A DNA stretch of 40,000 nucleotides, from positions 9,888 to 49,887 of the forward strand of contig JBJKYD010000015.1 of the NCBI GenBank assembly GCA_045561295.1, read 5' to 3'. The notes below the pieces were generated by a model. That model searched no databases, had not been told where the DNA came from, and saw only the letters and a program-made list of their open reading frames with translations. Positions 6,892 to 17,014 of the stretch are shown piece by piece; the stretch's first letter is position 1; each line of letters opens with the position of its first letter. Position numbers and translations under genes: made by a program. This stretch comes from Gammaproteobacteria bacterium (GTDB lineage: Bacteria > Pseudomonadota > Gammaproteobacteria > GCA-002705445 > GCA-002716945).

Positions 6892-8883
6892 ATGTTAAGG
6901 AAGATAATATTTATATGTATGTTACCTGTCGCTATCATGGCGCAGGAGTTGACGTACGACAATAAGGCACTAGCGCCAGGTTGGACCAATCTAACATTTA
7001 CACCCCCAAGCGCATCGTCCTATACATTGGCCAGCTTCTCACCTGCAAAAGATGGCGATGTAATTAATCAAAGAGAAGAAAATACTTCACTTCACGATAT
7101 ATATGATGACAAAGTTACATTGCTTAACTTTATGTACACCACTTGTACAGATATAAATGGTTGTCCATTAGCCACAGCAGTTTTTCATAAAATTCAACAA
7201 AAATTATCTAAAGACCCAGCTATTGGCAAACAAGTCAATCTGGTAAGCCTTAGTTTTGATCCTAAAAATGATACACCAGAAATTATGAAACTTTATGGAG
7301 CAGGTACCGAGAGACACCTCGTAGATTGGCAGTTTTTAACAACACAAAATGCAGATATCCTTGATCCAATACTTGATGGTTACCAACAAAGAATTATAAA
7401 AGAATATGATAGTGAAGGTAATTATATTGGTTCAATTTCCCATATTCTTAGAGTTTTTTTAATCGATAAAGATAAACAAGTTAGAAATATTTATAGCGTT
7501 TCTTTTCTTCATGCAGATTTAATCATTAATGATATAAAAACACTACTTGATCCAAATACTAATAATGGCACTTTGATTGCTGCAGCTGATACAAATTCAA
7601 ATTCTAAATTAGACGCTGTTAAATCTGAGACATCAAAGCTATCAAAACCAGGTGATAATAAAGATGGTTATTATGACAGTGATTATGAGAGTGCAAGTAA
7701 AAGTTTACACAGAACTGGAAAACCTGCAGATTTATATACAATTGCCACAACTAAGCAACTTGGACTACCAAAGCTTAAGCTGCCTGAAGGGACAAATCTT
7801 ACACCTGAAAAAATTGATTTAGGTAGAAAATTATTTTTTGATAGAAGGCTGTCTCATACAGATACAATATCTTGTGCTATATGTCATGTACCAGAAATGG
7901 GCTTTGCACAAAATGAATTAGCAACTGCTGTAGGCACTGAGGGAAGGTCTGTCCCAAGAAATGCTCCTACTGTTGTGAACGCCGCCTATTTATCTAGGTT
8001 CTTCCATGATGCGAGAGAAAATTCTCTTGAAGATCAAGTATGGGGACCTTTGCTAGCTCACAATGAAATGGCGAATCCGTCGCCCGGATATATTCTAAAT
8101 AAAATTAAAAATATACCTGATTACGAAGGCTTGTTTGAAACTGCATATGGTGGATCAGTAAATATGGATTCCTTATCCAGAGCACTTGCTGCCTACCAAT
8201 ACAGTCTGCTCAGCGGTAATTCACCATTTGATAAGTGGTACTATAATAACGAATCAAGCGCAATTTCTAAATCTGCTAAGCGAGGCTTTGAAATCTTTAA
8301 AGGTAAGGGCAATTGTATGGCATGTCATTTAGTAAACGATGAATATGCATTATTTACAGATGAGAAACTTCATAATACTGGAATAGGATTTAAATCTTCT
8401 ATGTATGTTGAACCTCCGCGCAAAAAAGTAGTATTAGCACCAGGCATAGAGGTCGATGTTGACACGTCTGTCTATGCGAATGACTCAAGATTTAAAAACG
8501 AAATTAAACCTAATGACTTAGGTCTTTATTTAATTACTCAAGATCCTGGTGATCGTTGGAAAATAAGGACACCATCATTGAGAAATGTTGAATTATCAGG
8601 TCCTTATATGCACAACGGTCAATTAGCTACATTAAAAGACGTTGTTGATTTCTACAATGAAGGCGGCGTAAGAGAAGTTGGTAAGATGAAAAATGAAACC
8701 ATTAGTCCTCTTATGATGCCTCTCAACTTGAGTAAACAAGAAGTGGATGATGTAGTAGAGTTTCTTAAAACGCTAACTGGTTCAAACATGGACACACTAG
8801 TTATGGATGCTTTTGCGGCCCCAATAGGGGAAGTATCACTGCAGGACCCAAACTGGTTTCATGATAATAAACTGAAATATTAA
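6892..8883 (+). CDS. Fusion protein: N-terminal SCO1/SenC copper chaperone domain plus C-terminal di-haem cytochrome c peroxidase (MauG-like) domain
   Basis: Signal peptide present. SCO-type region: NFMYTTCTDINGCP, SLSFDPKNDTP, ISHILRVFLID. A low-complexity linker separates the domains. Two haem c motifs (CAICH and CMACH) lie within CCP/MauG-like sequence (GRKLFFDRRLS, RTPSLRNV, PYMHNG). Confidence 0.85.
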   Translation: MLRKIIFICMLPVAIMAQELTYDNKALAPGWTNLTFTPPSASSYTLASFSPAKDGDVINQREENTSLHDIYDDKVTLLNFMYTTCTDINGCPLATAVFHKIQQKLSKDPAIGKQVNLVSLSFDPKNDTPEIMKLYGAGTERHLVDWQFLTTQNADILDPILDGYQQRIIKEYDSEGNYIGSISHILRVFLIDKDKQVRNIYSVSFLHADLIINDIKTLLDPNTNNGTLIAAADTNSNSKLDAVKSETSKLSKPGDNKDGYYDSDYESASKSLHRTGKPADLYTIATTKQLGLPKLKLPEGTNLTPEKIDLGRKLFFDRRLSHTDTISCAICHVPEMGFAQNELATAVGTEGRSVPRNAPTVVNAAYLSRFFHDARENSLEDQVWGPLLAHNEMANPSPGYILNKIKNIPDYEGLFETAYGGSVNMDSLSRALAAYQYSLLSGNSPFDKWYYNNESSAISKSAKRGFEIFKGKGNCMACHLVNDEYALFTDEKLHNTGIGFKSSMYVEPPRKKVVLAPGIEVDVDTSVYANDSRFKNEIKPNDLGLYLITQDPGDRWKIRTPSLRNVELSGPYMHNGQLATLKDVVDFYNEGGVREVGKMKNETISPLMMPLNLSKQEVDDVVEFLKTLTGSNMDTLVMDAFAAPIGEVSLQDPNWFHDNKLKY

Positions 8884-9464
8884 TGATGAAGAAATATTTT
8901 ATTATATTTCTTGTCATTTTCCTGATAACACCTATACATCAAGCCCAGTCAGAAAAATATCCTCTCCCTACAAAAATGCTTATGGACCCAATGCCAGCTG
9001 CAGATATGGCACCAGAGATAAATGTTATTGACATGAATGGTGAAAAAAGAACTTTACAAGACTTAAAAGGTAAATTTGTTTTAGTTAATTTCTGGGCAAC
9101 TTGGTGTAACCCATGTAAAGTTGAGATGCCATTATTAGAGAACCTTCATCAAACACTTAAAAGTGATAAATTCACAGTTCTTGGTCTTCATGTTGGCCCA
9201 GGACCAGAAAACATAGAAGAATTTAAAAAACTCATGCCAATATCTTTCCCAATATATGTCGATATGGAATTAGAGGTTAATTGGGGAGTTCCAGGCCTGC
9301 CTACAACCTTCCTTTTAAATCCAGAGGGAAGATTAATATACAGAGCAGTAGGTAAAAGAGAGTTTGCATCGGACGACATGATCAACTTCATAAGAAATCA
9401 AATTGAAGGCTATAAGTTCGCTCAAAAATATGAAGGCAAGCTTGTGCCTCCTATGATGAGGTAA
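8883..9464 (+). CDS. TlpA/ResA-like periplasmic thiol:disulfide oxidoreductase
   Basis: Signal/anchor peptide present. The thioredoxin-fold motif is FWATWCNPC. Its start overlaps the upstream stop (TAATG), which suggests translational coupling to the SCO1-MauG gene. Confidence 0.8.
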   Translation: MMKKYFIIFLVIFLITPIHQAQSEKYPLPTKMLMDPMPAADMAPEINVIDMNGEKRTLQDLKGKFVLVNFWATWCNPCKVEMPLLENLHQTLKSDKFTVLGLHVGPGPENIEEFKKLMPISFPIYVDMELEVNWGVPGLPTTFLLNPEGRLIYRAVGKREFASDDMINFIRNQIEGYKFAQKYEGKLVPPMMR

Positions 9465-9469
9465 TTTTA

Positions 9470-10261
9470 CTATATAACAAACAGCTCCATAAGTTCTTTT
9501 CCAGACTTAGTCCCGAAATACCTCACAGGCTTTGACGAATTAATTATACTTTTATTTAGTATTTTATTAATTTTTATTTTATAGAAATTAAAAAAGGTTA
9601 AATCTGTTTGATTTGCTCTAATATATTCCCGACATATAGATTTATCTCTTGTAAAAATTGTTCCTCTACGAGCATTATGACAAAAGTTATTACCAATTTT
9701 TCCTAGAACAACTACAGAACCTGATATTAGCTCGAGACATGAACCTGACCCAATGTTTCCACCTATTATAATATTCCCTCTTCTCATTCTTACAATAGAG
9801 TTATCTCCAACATTTTTTTGCACGTATATAAACCCATCAACAAATCCTTCATTCATGCTTGTAGGCAAACTACAAAACCCATCATCTGCATTACCTAGAA
9901 TATGTACAGACCCTCCTTTCATTCCTGAGCATGCATTTTTACCAGCATTACCATTTAGTATAATCTCCCCACTACACATGCCCTTTGCAAGTCCAAATCC
10001 AACATTTCCAAAAATAGTAATTTTTTTGTCTTCGAGATTATTACCAATATTATCTAGATGTTTGTTTGAATTACTAATTATAATATCTTTGAAGTTATTA
10101 CCCGATACATTGAACAAAGTAGACAACTTATATCCTTTAGTTCCATAATTTACCCGGAGGTTTTTAATTTTTGACAAACTAGACGTTTTGATTTTCGAAA
10201 GCCAGCTCATATCCAGTCTTTGTTTATTTTTGATTTTGCATTTAAAGACTAAAGGTTTCAT
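9470..10261 (-). CDS. fhcC: Formyltransferase/hydrolase complex subunit C (FwdC/FmdC homologue)
   Basis: Repeated G-x-G-rich beta-helix segments typical of FwdC (GNVGFGLAKGM, NGNAGKNACSGMKGG, ILGNADDG, IGGNIGSG). ATGA overlap with fhcD. Last gene of an fhcB-A-D-C string. Confidence 0.8.
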   Translation of the reverse strand: MKPLVFKCKIKNKQRLDMSWLSKIKTSSLSKIKNLRVNYGTKGYKLSTLFNVSGNNFKDIIISNSNKHLDNIGNNLEDKKITIFGNVGFGLAKGMCSGEIILNGNAGKNACSGMKGGSVHILGNADDGFCSLPTSMNEGFVDGFIYVQKNVGDNSIVRMRRGNIIIGGNIGSGSCLELISGSVVVLGKIGNNFCHNARRGTIFTRDKSICREYIRANQTDLTFFNFYKIKINKILNKSIINSSKPVRYFGTKSGKELMELFVI

Positions 10262-11154
10262 TTTAATATCTTTCTTAAATGAAAGTGATGCGGTCCTAGC
10301 TTTCCACCATAATTACCAGCTGAGACAGACACAATATCTTTTTTATATTTAGATTTAGATATTGCAACCAATGATTCACGTATACCTTTATCAATATCCT
10401 CTTTGGTTAAGCCGTTTATAACTATCTCCATTACACAATTAACACTTTTATGCAATTTGCTACCGGTAATGCCGCTTAGAGATGGACAAAATGCGTCGTT
10501 TGTTGATGCTATCAATGCTTTGTACTTAGAGCCAACTTTAGATCCAGACCTGACAACTCCACCTGGGAATGGGGTGATAATGTTACCAATTTCACTCATT
10601 ACATTCACTGCTATTTCACATGCTGAAAGACATGAAGCTCTATTTTTTGACAACAATATAAAATTACCACCACCAATTGCTGGGACACGTGCAGTCATCT
10701 CCTCGCACATAAATTCTCCATCCATCACTGGTATTCTCCAAAATCTTTTTTTATCAATACGTTTTGATATTTGATAACCATCGCCAAAATATTTTAAATT
10801 TTTTCCAAGGGGAATCATATCTTCTCCATCAAGACCTGAAAACAGTGCAGTAGTTGGACATGTCAAGATGCACTGCCCAGCCCTTGTCTCAAGCTGTTTC
10901 TCTAGTTGACTCCGTGACATTGAGAAGAGAAGTATGGCGTACCCTGGTCTTCCATCTGGCGTTTCTTTGGCTTTCAACTGTCTTTCTATACCAGCTTCTA
11001 TTCCGCATGCAATAACAGATGTTGCAAATCCGGTAAATGATGCAGCTGCATTCTTAGCCCACTTTATATTATCAGCTGTTACAATTATTCTACTTGCTTT
11101 CATATTAAAAGCTTCAGCAAAAGTATTCTCAATAGCTAACCCATTAATTTTCAT
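10258..11154 (-). CDS. fhcD: Formylmethanofuran:H4MPT formyltransferase (Ftr homologue)
   Basis: Length of 298 aa and an N-terminus IENTFAEAF..ASRIIVTA typical of Ftr. Lies between fhcA and fhcC with 4-nt overlaps on both sides. Confidence 0.85.
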   Translation of the reverse strand: MKINGLAIENTFAEAFNMKASRIIVTADNIKWAKNAAASFTGFATSVIACGIEAGIERQLKAKETPDGRPGYAILLFSMSRSQLEKQLETRAGQCILTCPTTALFSGLDGEDMIPLGKNLKYFGDGYQISKRIDKKRFWRIPVMDGEFMCEEMTARVPAIGGGNFILLSKNRASCLSACEIAVNVMSEIGNIITPFPGGVVRSGSKVGSKYKALIASTNDAFCPSLSGITGSKLHKSVNCVMEIVINGLTKEDIDKGIRESLVAISKSKYKKDIVSVSAGNYGGKLGPHHFHLRKILK

Positions 11155-12806
11155 GATATTCTTTTCCTGCTACATTTAACTTCATTTATATCAGATCCAA
11201 TTACCTCTGACATTTCATCATTACTGATAGAGTAGTTAGGCAATGCAATAGTATGGTATTTATCAAAATATTTTTTAAGCTTTTTCTCAATAGTAGCATC
11301 ATATTCGGGCTTAACGACTTGTGTTTTACCCCATGTGTAGTTTTTTATTTCACCATCTTTAACTACTACAACTCCATCTTTAATAACATGCGTTGGGCTT
11401 GCAAACATCTCTTCTACATCTCTAATATTGCTATCATAGATCGTTATGTCAGCATCAGCCTCTTTTGAGAGGGAGCCTTTATTTGTCAGACCTAAGATCC
11501 TAGCAGGTGCAGACCGAGTCATTGTTGCAATTTCCGATAATGTATATTCTCTCTTTATGTCTTTTAAAATAGTATGTTTTGAAATATCTACTGAAAGTTG
11601 ATCTAGCAAATTATCTCTGAATGACTTATTCATAAGTAGTTTTATTAAATGAGGGTATGATGTAAATGGGGCTCCATTAGGATGGTCTGTAGTAAGAAAT
11701 ATTTTATCTGGGTCTTCTGTCAAAAGAAATGTTTCAAGCCCAATTGCCCACTGTAGAGCATTTACAAAGCTCTGATCTGTATATTTAAACGGAACGACAC
11801 CACAGCCAGCCTCACATTCAATATCCATACAAAGCCATTTGTCTGGATGAGCATGACTATGATTTGCATGTTGTTTCATGCTATCACCAGACATTGTAGC
11901 TGTTTGTCCAAACAAAACTTGGCCAACATCACATGTCAGATTTGGTATTTTATTTATGTAGTCAGTTATTTCCGCAGAGGCTGATGAAAAGTTTCGATCT
12001 CCATTATTACCATAGCTATGAAATTGAATATGAGTAATATGCACAGGTAATCCCTCAGCAGCTTTTATGGTTTCAATCGTTGATTTAAAATTTCCAGGGA
12101 CGCCTAGGTTACTGCAGTGAACATGTAAAGGATGTGGCACGCCTAATTCATAAACAGCTCTTGCGAGTAAACGGACTATTTTACGCGGGGTTATCTTATA
12201 CCTGACTGAATTTTCATCAACATTCAGTGCTCGTTGATTAAACTTAAAAGCATTTATTCCGCCCGGATTAACAACTTTTATGCCTATACATTGAGTTGCT
12301 TTTAATATGAATGCTACGTAATCATTAATCTCTGATTGATGAGCTCCTCTTGAAATTAGATCTAATAGGAAATCATCATTACCAAGAAGCGCATAACCGC
12401 CTTTATCTATGAATGGCGTATCAGCCATTTCTGAATGCGACTGTCTAGCATTTATCGGAAGCACAGCTGGTTCAAAACAGGATGTATAACCCATTTTAAT
12501 ATATTGAAGCCCAGTTTTAAGTGTACTTGGAATAAAATCTGCAGTTAAATCATAGTCTCTATCACTGTTGTTATGAAATTCCTGTAGCATTAATCTTGCT
12601 ATGTTTACCTTTCCGCCACCTATATGTGTGTGTAAATCAATTGCACCTGGCATAATAATTTTATTCTTGCATTCGATAGTTTCAGATATTTTTTCATTTA
12701 ATTTTTCGACAATTTTTCCATCTTTAACATAGATATCTTTCTTCTTGTTGAAAATTTTATTTATAGGATCAAAAATCTGACCATTTTTTAAACATAGGGT
12801 AGTCAT
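11151..12806 (-). CDS. fhcA: Formyltransferase/hydrolase complex subunit A (FwdA-like amidohydrolase)
   Basis: 551 aa. Amidohydrolase metal motif PGAIDLHTHIGGG near the N-terminus, with further His clusters (PHPLHVHCSN, HITHIQFH). Operon context supports the call. Confidence 0.85.
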   Translation of the reverse strand: MTTLCLKNGQIFDPINKIFNKKKDIYVKDGKIVEKLNEKISETIECKNKIIMPGAIDLHTHIGGGKVNIARLMLQEFHNNSDRDYDLTADFIPSTLKTGLQYIKMGYTSCFEPAVLPINARQSHSEMADTPFIDKGGYALLGNDDFLLDLISRGAHQSEINDYVAFILKATQCIGIKVVNPGGINAFKFNQRALNVDENSVRYKITPRKIVRLLARAVYELGVPHPLHVHCSNLGVPGNFKSTIETIKAAEGLPVHITHIQFHSYGNNGDRNFSSASAEITDYINKIPNLTCDVGQVLFGQTATMSGDSMKQHANHSHAHPDKWLCMDIECEAGCGVVPFKYTDQSFVNALQWAIGLETFLLTEDPDKIFLTTDHPNGAPFTSYPHLIKLLMNKSFRDNLLDQLSVDISKHTILKDIKREYTLSEIATMTRSAPARILGLTNKGSLSKEADADITIYDSNIRDVEEMFASPTHVIKDGVVVVKDGEIKNYTWGKTQVVKPEYDATIEKKLKKYFDKYHTIALPNYSISNDEMSEVIGSDINEVKCSRKRIS

Positions 12807-14062
12807 TATTCAAGAATCTCTCTTAGTATTTCTTGGGTACTTCTGCTGTGGGACATCCTCAATGATGTCAATGGCAAACTCACAACATTATCTGTTCTAA
12901 ATATATGTCCTTTAAAGTCAATACCAGGTATGCCACATGATATAAATACATCTGGTTCAATATTAAACTTGGTGCATGGTCGTCCAATGACAATATTCTT
13001 ATTTTTTTTATTCAAGACTAACTTTTTCTCTGAAAGGGAATTAAGGTGTATCACTAAATCTGAATTTCCTGAATTGATTAGTTGTATTGCGTTATTTGCA
13101 TCTTTATCATACTCAAAGAAATTCCCTGTAAATTTAATTCTAGATGGGAATCCTGTCATCCATCCTAAAGTTTGTGTGAAACTTACATCCCCATCATTTC
13201 CTGATAATGATAAACAAGCAGCTCTCGATGTCTTATTGAGCGAGACAACATATGCAGATATATTATATATAATTTCATCACACTCTCTATAACTATCAAA
13301 CTCAGATGTGGCCCAAAGAACAGATAAATATTTGGAAGTTTCAATACTAGTAAGTAACTTATTGAAGACCTTATTGCTAATTGAAGTCTCATTTTTCTTA
13401 CTAATAAAGCTATTTAGCAGTTTGGTTATATTTCTATTGTTATAGTCTATATAAGTTATCCTTTTATCCCTGATATTGCAGTTTTTTATATTATTTTTTT
13501 TATTTCCAATTACATATATTTCTTTTTTCTTCGAATTGACACTAAAGCTGTTTTTAGTTGCAAGAAACTTGTCCATCAAACGGGGATAAGTTTCAAAAAG
13601 ATTATTAGAAAAGACAATTATGATGTCTGATTTATTCTTAATCTCTGTCAGAGATGTCGCCATGTAGCCTCGCCTCTGATAAATACTAATATTTTTTAAA
13701 AAAATACTACTATTAACATGATCAACAATAGCATTAACCTTTGATGCAGCTGATAATACCTCGCGAGTAACATTCACATCGCTGCTTGAGTTGAGAAGAA
13801 CCGTCTCTTTTGACTTCTTTATGAGTTGTTTAGAATACTGGTAAGCTTTTTTCGGTTCACATGGTTTACCTTTGACGGTTGTAACCATATCTTTAAATTT
13901 TGCAAGATTAAGCTTCTCATATTTGTACGCACATGACTTTGGAACATTACTTTTAACATATAGCTTGTTGTCATGAACGTCTATCTCTAAATCATCGCAG
14001 TGGAGAGAGCAAAAAGGACAGACAATATTCTTATGGTTAAGAGAATCTGATATCTTTGACAT
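12806..14062 (-). CDS. fhcB: Formyltransferase/hydrolase complex subunit B (FwdB-like)
   Basis: 418 aa. The N-terminal cysteine cluster CPFCSLHCDD is as in FwdB/molybdopterin-oxidoreductase N-domains. First gene of the fhc string, with a 1-nt overlap with fhcA. Confidence 0.8.
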   Translation of the reverse strand: MSKISDSLNHKNIVCPFCSLHCDDLEIDVHDNKLYVKSNVPKSCAYKYEKLNLAKFKDMVTTVKGKPCEPKKAYQYSKQLIKKSKETVLLNSSSDVNVTREVLSAASKVNAIVDHVNSSIFLKNISIYQRRGYMATSLTEIKNKSDIIIVFSNNLFETYPRLMDKFLATKNSFSVNSKKKEIYVIGNKKNNIKNCNIRDKRITYIDYNNRNITKLLNSFISKKNETSISNKVFNKLLTSIETSKYLSVLWATSEFDSYRECDEIIYNISAYVVSLNKTSRAACLSLSGNDGDVSFTQTLGWMTGFPSRIKFTGNFFEYDKDANNAIQLINSGNSDLVIHLNSLSEKKLVLNKKNKNIVIGRPCTKFNIEPDVFISCGIPGIDFKGHIFRTDNVVSLPLTSLRMSHSRSTQEILREILE

Positions 14063-14124
14063 AAATTATTTTACATCAATAATAAATAACTTTACATGCA
14101 AAAACATTAATATATTCTATTTTA

Positions 14125-15066
14125 ATGGCTACCAAAAAGACATTCAAGGAAGTAAAAATTGAAGCAAATTCACGTCTACATTTGGGTTTTATTAGTCTAA
14201 ATTCATCTACACCATTTACATATGGTGGAGTAGGTATCTCGATTTCTGGTCAGCCAACTATTGTCAGTATAAAAAAATCAAAAAAATTTGAATCAAATCT
14301 TCCGAAAAATATAACAAATGGAATATTAAACTTTCTTAGATCCAAGAAACTTCATACTATGATTAAAATTGATTGTGTACATTCTCCTGAAAATCATATT
14401 GGACTAGGGTCAGGAACGCAACTCATACTATCGGTTGAGGAATTAATTACAAAATTCTATAAATTAGATATAAATTCAAATATATTCAATAGGAAATTTA
14501 GGTCTGGTATTGGAATGAACTCCTATACAAAAGGAGGCTTTATTATTGACGCACCAAAAAATAATCTCACTCAGAGTGAAATAATATTTCAGACCAAATT
14601 CCCAGTAGAATGGAAAGCTATTCTTTTATTTGATAATAAGAAAAAGGGTCTTCATGGAAAATCTGAAAAAAACTTTTTTGCATCTACAACTTCTCATAAT
14701 TTACGTAAGAACTTATCTGATATTACTCTGAATGAACTAATACCATCTGTGATTTATAAAGACTTTAGAGTTTTTGCAAAGAGTTTAACTAGATTCCAAA
14801 AGTTGAATGCTATGTTTTATTCGAAAGTACAGAAATCTATTTATTTGAGTAATGATATCAATAAAATTATAAATCAGATTTCCAAGCGATTTATTGTAGG
14901 TTGTGGACAAAGTTCTTGGGGACCTACAAGTTATATGTTTGTGGATTCTAAAAATGATCTAAATGAAATTTTGCCTATTTTAGATAAGGCAATAAGTATG
15001 TATAATAACCTCTCATACGAAGTCGTGTCAGCTAAAAATAAAGCACGTAAGCTAATTTATACATAG
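14125..15066 (+). CDS. mptG: GHMP-kinase-fold protein, probable beta-ribofuranosylaminobenzene 5'-phosphate synthase (H4MPT biosynthesis)
   Basis: GHMP motif GLGSGTQL, 313 aa. First gene of the plus-strand H4MPT operon, immediately before mtdB. Confidence 0.65.
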   Translation: MATKKTFKEVKIEANSRLHLGFISLNSSTPFTYGGVGISISGQPTIVSIKKSKKFESNLPKNITNGILNFLRSKKLHTMIKIDCVHSPENHIGLGSGTQLILSVEELITKFYKLDINSNIFNRKFRSGIGMNSYTKGGFIIDAPKNNLTQSEIIFQTKFPVEWKAILLFDNKKKGLHGKSEKNFFASTTSHNLRKNLSDITLNELIPSVIYKDFRVFAKSLTRFQKLNAMFYSKVQKSIYLSNDINKIINQISKRFIVGCGQSSWGPTSYMFVDSKNDLNEILPILDKAISMYNNLSYEVVSAKNKARKLIYT

Positions 15067-15075
15067 GAGATTTTC

Positions 15076-15966
15076 ATGGACAAACCGTATATCTTACATT
15101 TAATTACATCTGAAAAAAATGCTAGCCCTTTTGATGTGAATATGGCTATTGATGCTGGGTGGACGAATATTATTCCTTATACAAATGCTGAACAGACTGA
15201 AATACAAACTCTTGTACAAGATGCTATATTCTCGAGATCTCCTTCAGGATTACAAAGGACTGGGATATTTTTTGGTGGTAGAGATACACATGAAGCTATG
15301 GATATGATTCAAGAAGCAAAAAAACATATGGTGCCTCCATTTGAAGTATCTGTCTTTGCTGATCCAAGCGGGGCATTTACTACTGCAGCAGGTATGGTTG
15401 CCCTTACAGAAAAATATCTTAAAGATGGTTTTGACCAGGGATTAGATAAATCAAGCGTTGTTATTCTAGGTGGTACTGGTCCAGTCGGTGTAGCATCAGC
15501 TGTGATCTGCGCTAAAGCAGGAGCAAATGTCAGATTAGTTGGACGTAGTATAGAAAAAGCCGAAAAAACTGCGGCAATTTGTAATGACCGATATCAATCT
15601 AAAAATGTTGTTGCGGGTGCAGATGCAGATAAGCAAGATTATCTTAATAAAGCTGACATTGTTTTAAATACTGGAGCTGCCGGGATTCAATTAATGAGTG
15701 ATGAAAATATACAAATGAGTTCTAATTTAAAAATATGTGCAGACACTAATGCCGTTCCGCCATCTGGTATTGCTGGTGTTGACGTTATGGATAGTGGAAA
15801 AATTATGGAGAAATCTCCAAATAAGTGTCGAGGCATCGGCGCATTAGCAATTGGAAATGTAAAATATAAATCTCAACATGAATGTTTGAAACTAATGTAT
15901 ACATCTGATGATCCAGTATACTTAGATTTTGAAGATGCATTTAAATTTGCACAAAAAAGCGTATAA
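15076..15966 (+). CDS. mtdB: NAD(P)-dependent methylene-H4MPT dehydrogenase
   Basis: 296 aa MtdA/MtdB-family sequence (SPFDVNMAIDAGW, Rossmann GGTGPVG). Assigned to mtdB rather than mtdA from its linkage with mch, fae and fhc. Confidence 0.8.
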   Translation: MDKPYILHLITSEKNASPFDVNMAIDAGWTNIIPYTNAEQTEIQTLVQDAIFSRSPSGLQRTGIFFGGRDTHEAMDMIQEAKKHMVPPFEVSVFADPSGAFTTAAGMVALTEKYLKDGFDQGLDKSSVVILGGTGPVGVASAVICAKAGANVRLVGRSIEKAEKTAAICNDRYQSKNVVAGADADKQDYLNKADIVLNTGAAGIQLMSDENIQMSSNLKICADTNAVPPSGIAGVDVMDSGKIMEKSPNKCRGIGALAIGNVKYKSQHECLKLMYTSDDPVYLDFEDAFKFAQKSV

Positions 15967-17014
15967 AAAAGTTCTACTAATTGCTAACGGTTATGAACCA
16001 TATCATGATGATATTTCTCATCTTGCTGAAAGTGTTCACTATATTGATCCGTATTCACAAGATAAGAATTATATCCAATCTTTGGAAACTTTTAAAAAGT
16101 ACTTAGAAGATAATAATCTAGATAGTGAATCAACAAAAATTATATATGGCTCTGGATTAGAAGATAAAATAGGTATACAAGAATATCTAGATAATGAATT
16201 CTCTATAGCAGGAAATTCATTTTCAAAATATAGATACCTGAGTAATATATATAACTTGGATGAGGCTATTTTTAATAAAAAAATATCATTACCCGAAACT
16301 TCTAAATCATATCATTATAAATTTTTAAGCAAAAAATATAATAGCTCTGGTGGGATGCATGTAGGAAATAATATATTTTCAAAAAATATATACTATCAAA
16401 AATATCTTCCAGGGAAAACTTACTCAATTTCTTTTATCGCAAATGGTGAATATTCTAAGATATTAGGCCTTAATCAATTATTTTTAGTCAAAGATAATAT
16501 AAAGTTTCCATTTCTTCATGCTGGGGCGATGAACTTAGGTCTTAGTGAAGCTAATATAGATTTTCCAAAAAACTTTATCTCTAGCATATGTAATTTATAT
16601 CAAATTAAAGGCTATTGCAGTATTGATTTTAAAATACTTGATAACAATATATATATATTAGATTTTAATCCACGCTTATCATCATCATACAGACTGTATA
16701 CAAGAAAGTATGAAAACTTAATGCATCATCATTTGGGTCTAATCAATAACGAAGTAAACATGATTAATAATCAATACCATGCATACATTATCCTTTATGC
16801 AAAAAAAGATTTAGTTATTAGTGATTCAATCAATGAACTTGAAAATATAAGTGATAGACCAACTATTGGAGATTCTATTAAAAAAGATATGCCGTTGTTT
16901 ACTATTAATCTTCATTCTAATGATAAAGATGATATTTTGTTTAAAATAAAAAATCGAATTATAAGTGCTATGAAAATAATTGACTGTTATAATACTCAGC
17001 TAGAATATGAATAA
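15935..17014 (+). CDS. ATP-grasp protein of the H4MPT island (orfY-type)
   Basis: ATP-grasp C-terminal core GYCSIDFKILDNNIYILDFNPRLSSS. Adjacent to mch. The start is uncertain: the ORF track uses TTG 15929, and the first ATG is 15935. It overlaps the mtdB 3' end. Confidence 0.65.
   Translation: MHLNLHKKAYKKVLLIANGYEPYHDDISHLAESVHYIDPYSQDKNYIQSLETFKKYLEDNNLDSESTKIIYGSGLEDKIGIQEYLDNEFSIAGNSFSKYRYLSNIYNLDEAIFNKKISLPETSKSYHYKFLSKKYNSSGGMHVGNNIFSKNIYYQKYLPGKTYSISFIANGEYSKILGLNQLFLVKDNIKFPFLHAGAMNLGLSEANIDFPKNFISSICNLYQIKGYCSIDFKILDNNIYILDFNPRLSSSYRLYTRKYENLMHHHLGLINNEVNMINNQYHAYIILYAKKDLVISDSINELENISDRPTIGDSIKKDMPLFTINLHSNDKDDILFKIKNRIISAMKIIDCYNTQLEYE

Noticed and set aside
1-9466. Interpreting the GC-richer first block as a horizontally acquired genomic island
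   Set aside because: No integrase, transposase, tRNA anchor or flanking direct repeats are visible. The same richer composition and CGT usage appears in fae and ftsZ, which are presumably native and highly expressed. The question is kept open in the findings rather than claimed.
9753-11179. Three plus-strand ORFs (9753-10148, 10403-10774, 10934-11179) antisense to fhcC and fhcD
   Set aside because: These are shadow ORFs opposite conserved genes. Their translations are Pro/Leu/Ile/Phe-rich nonsense with no motifs.
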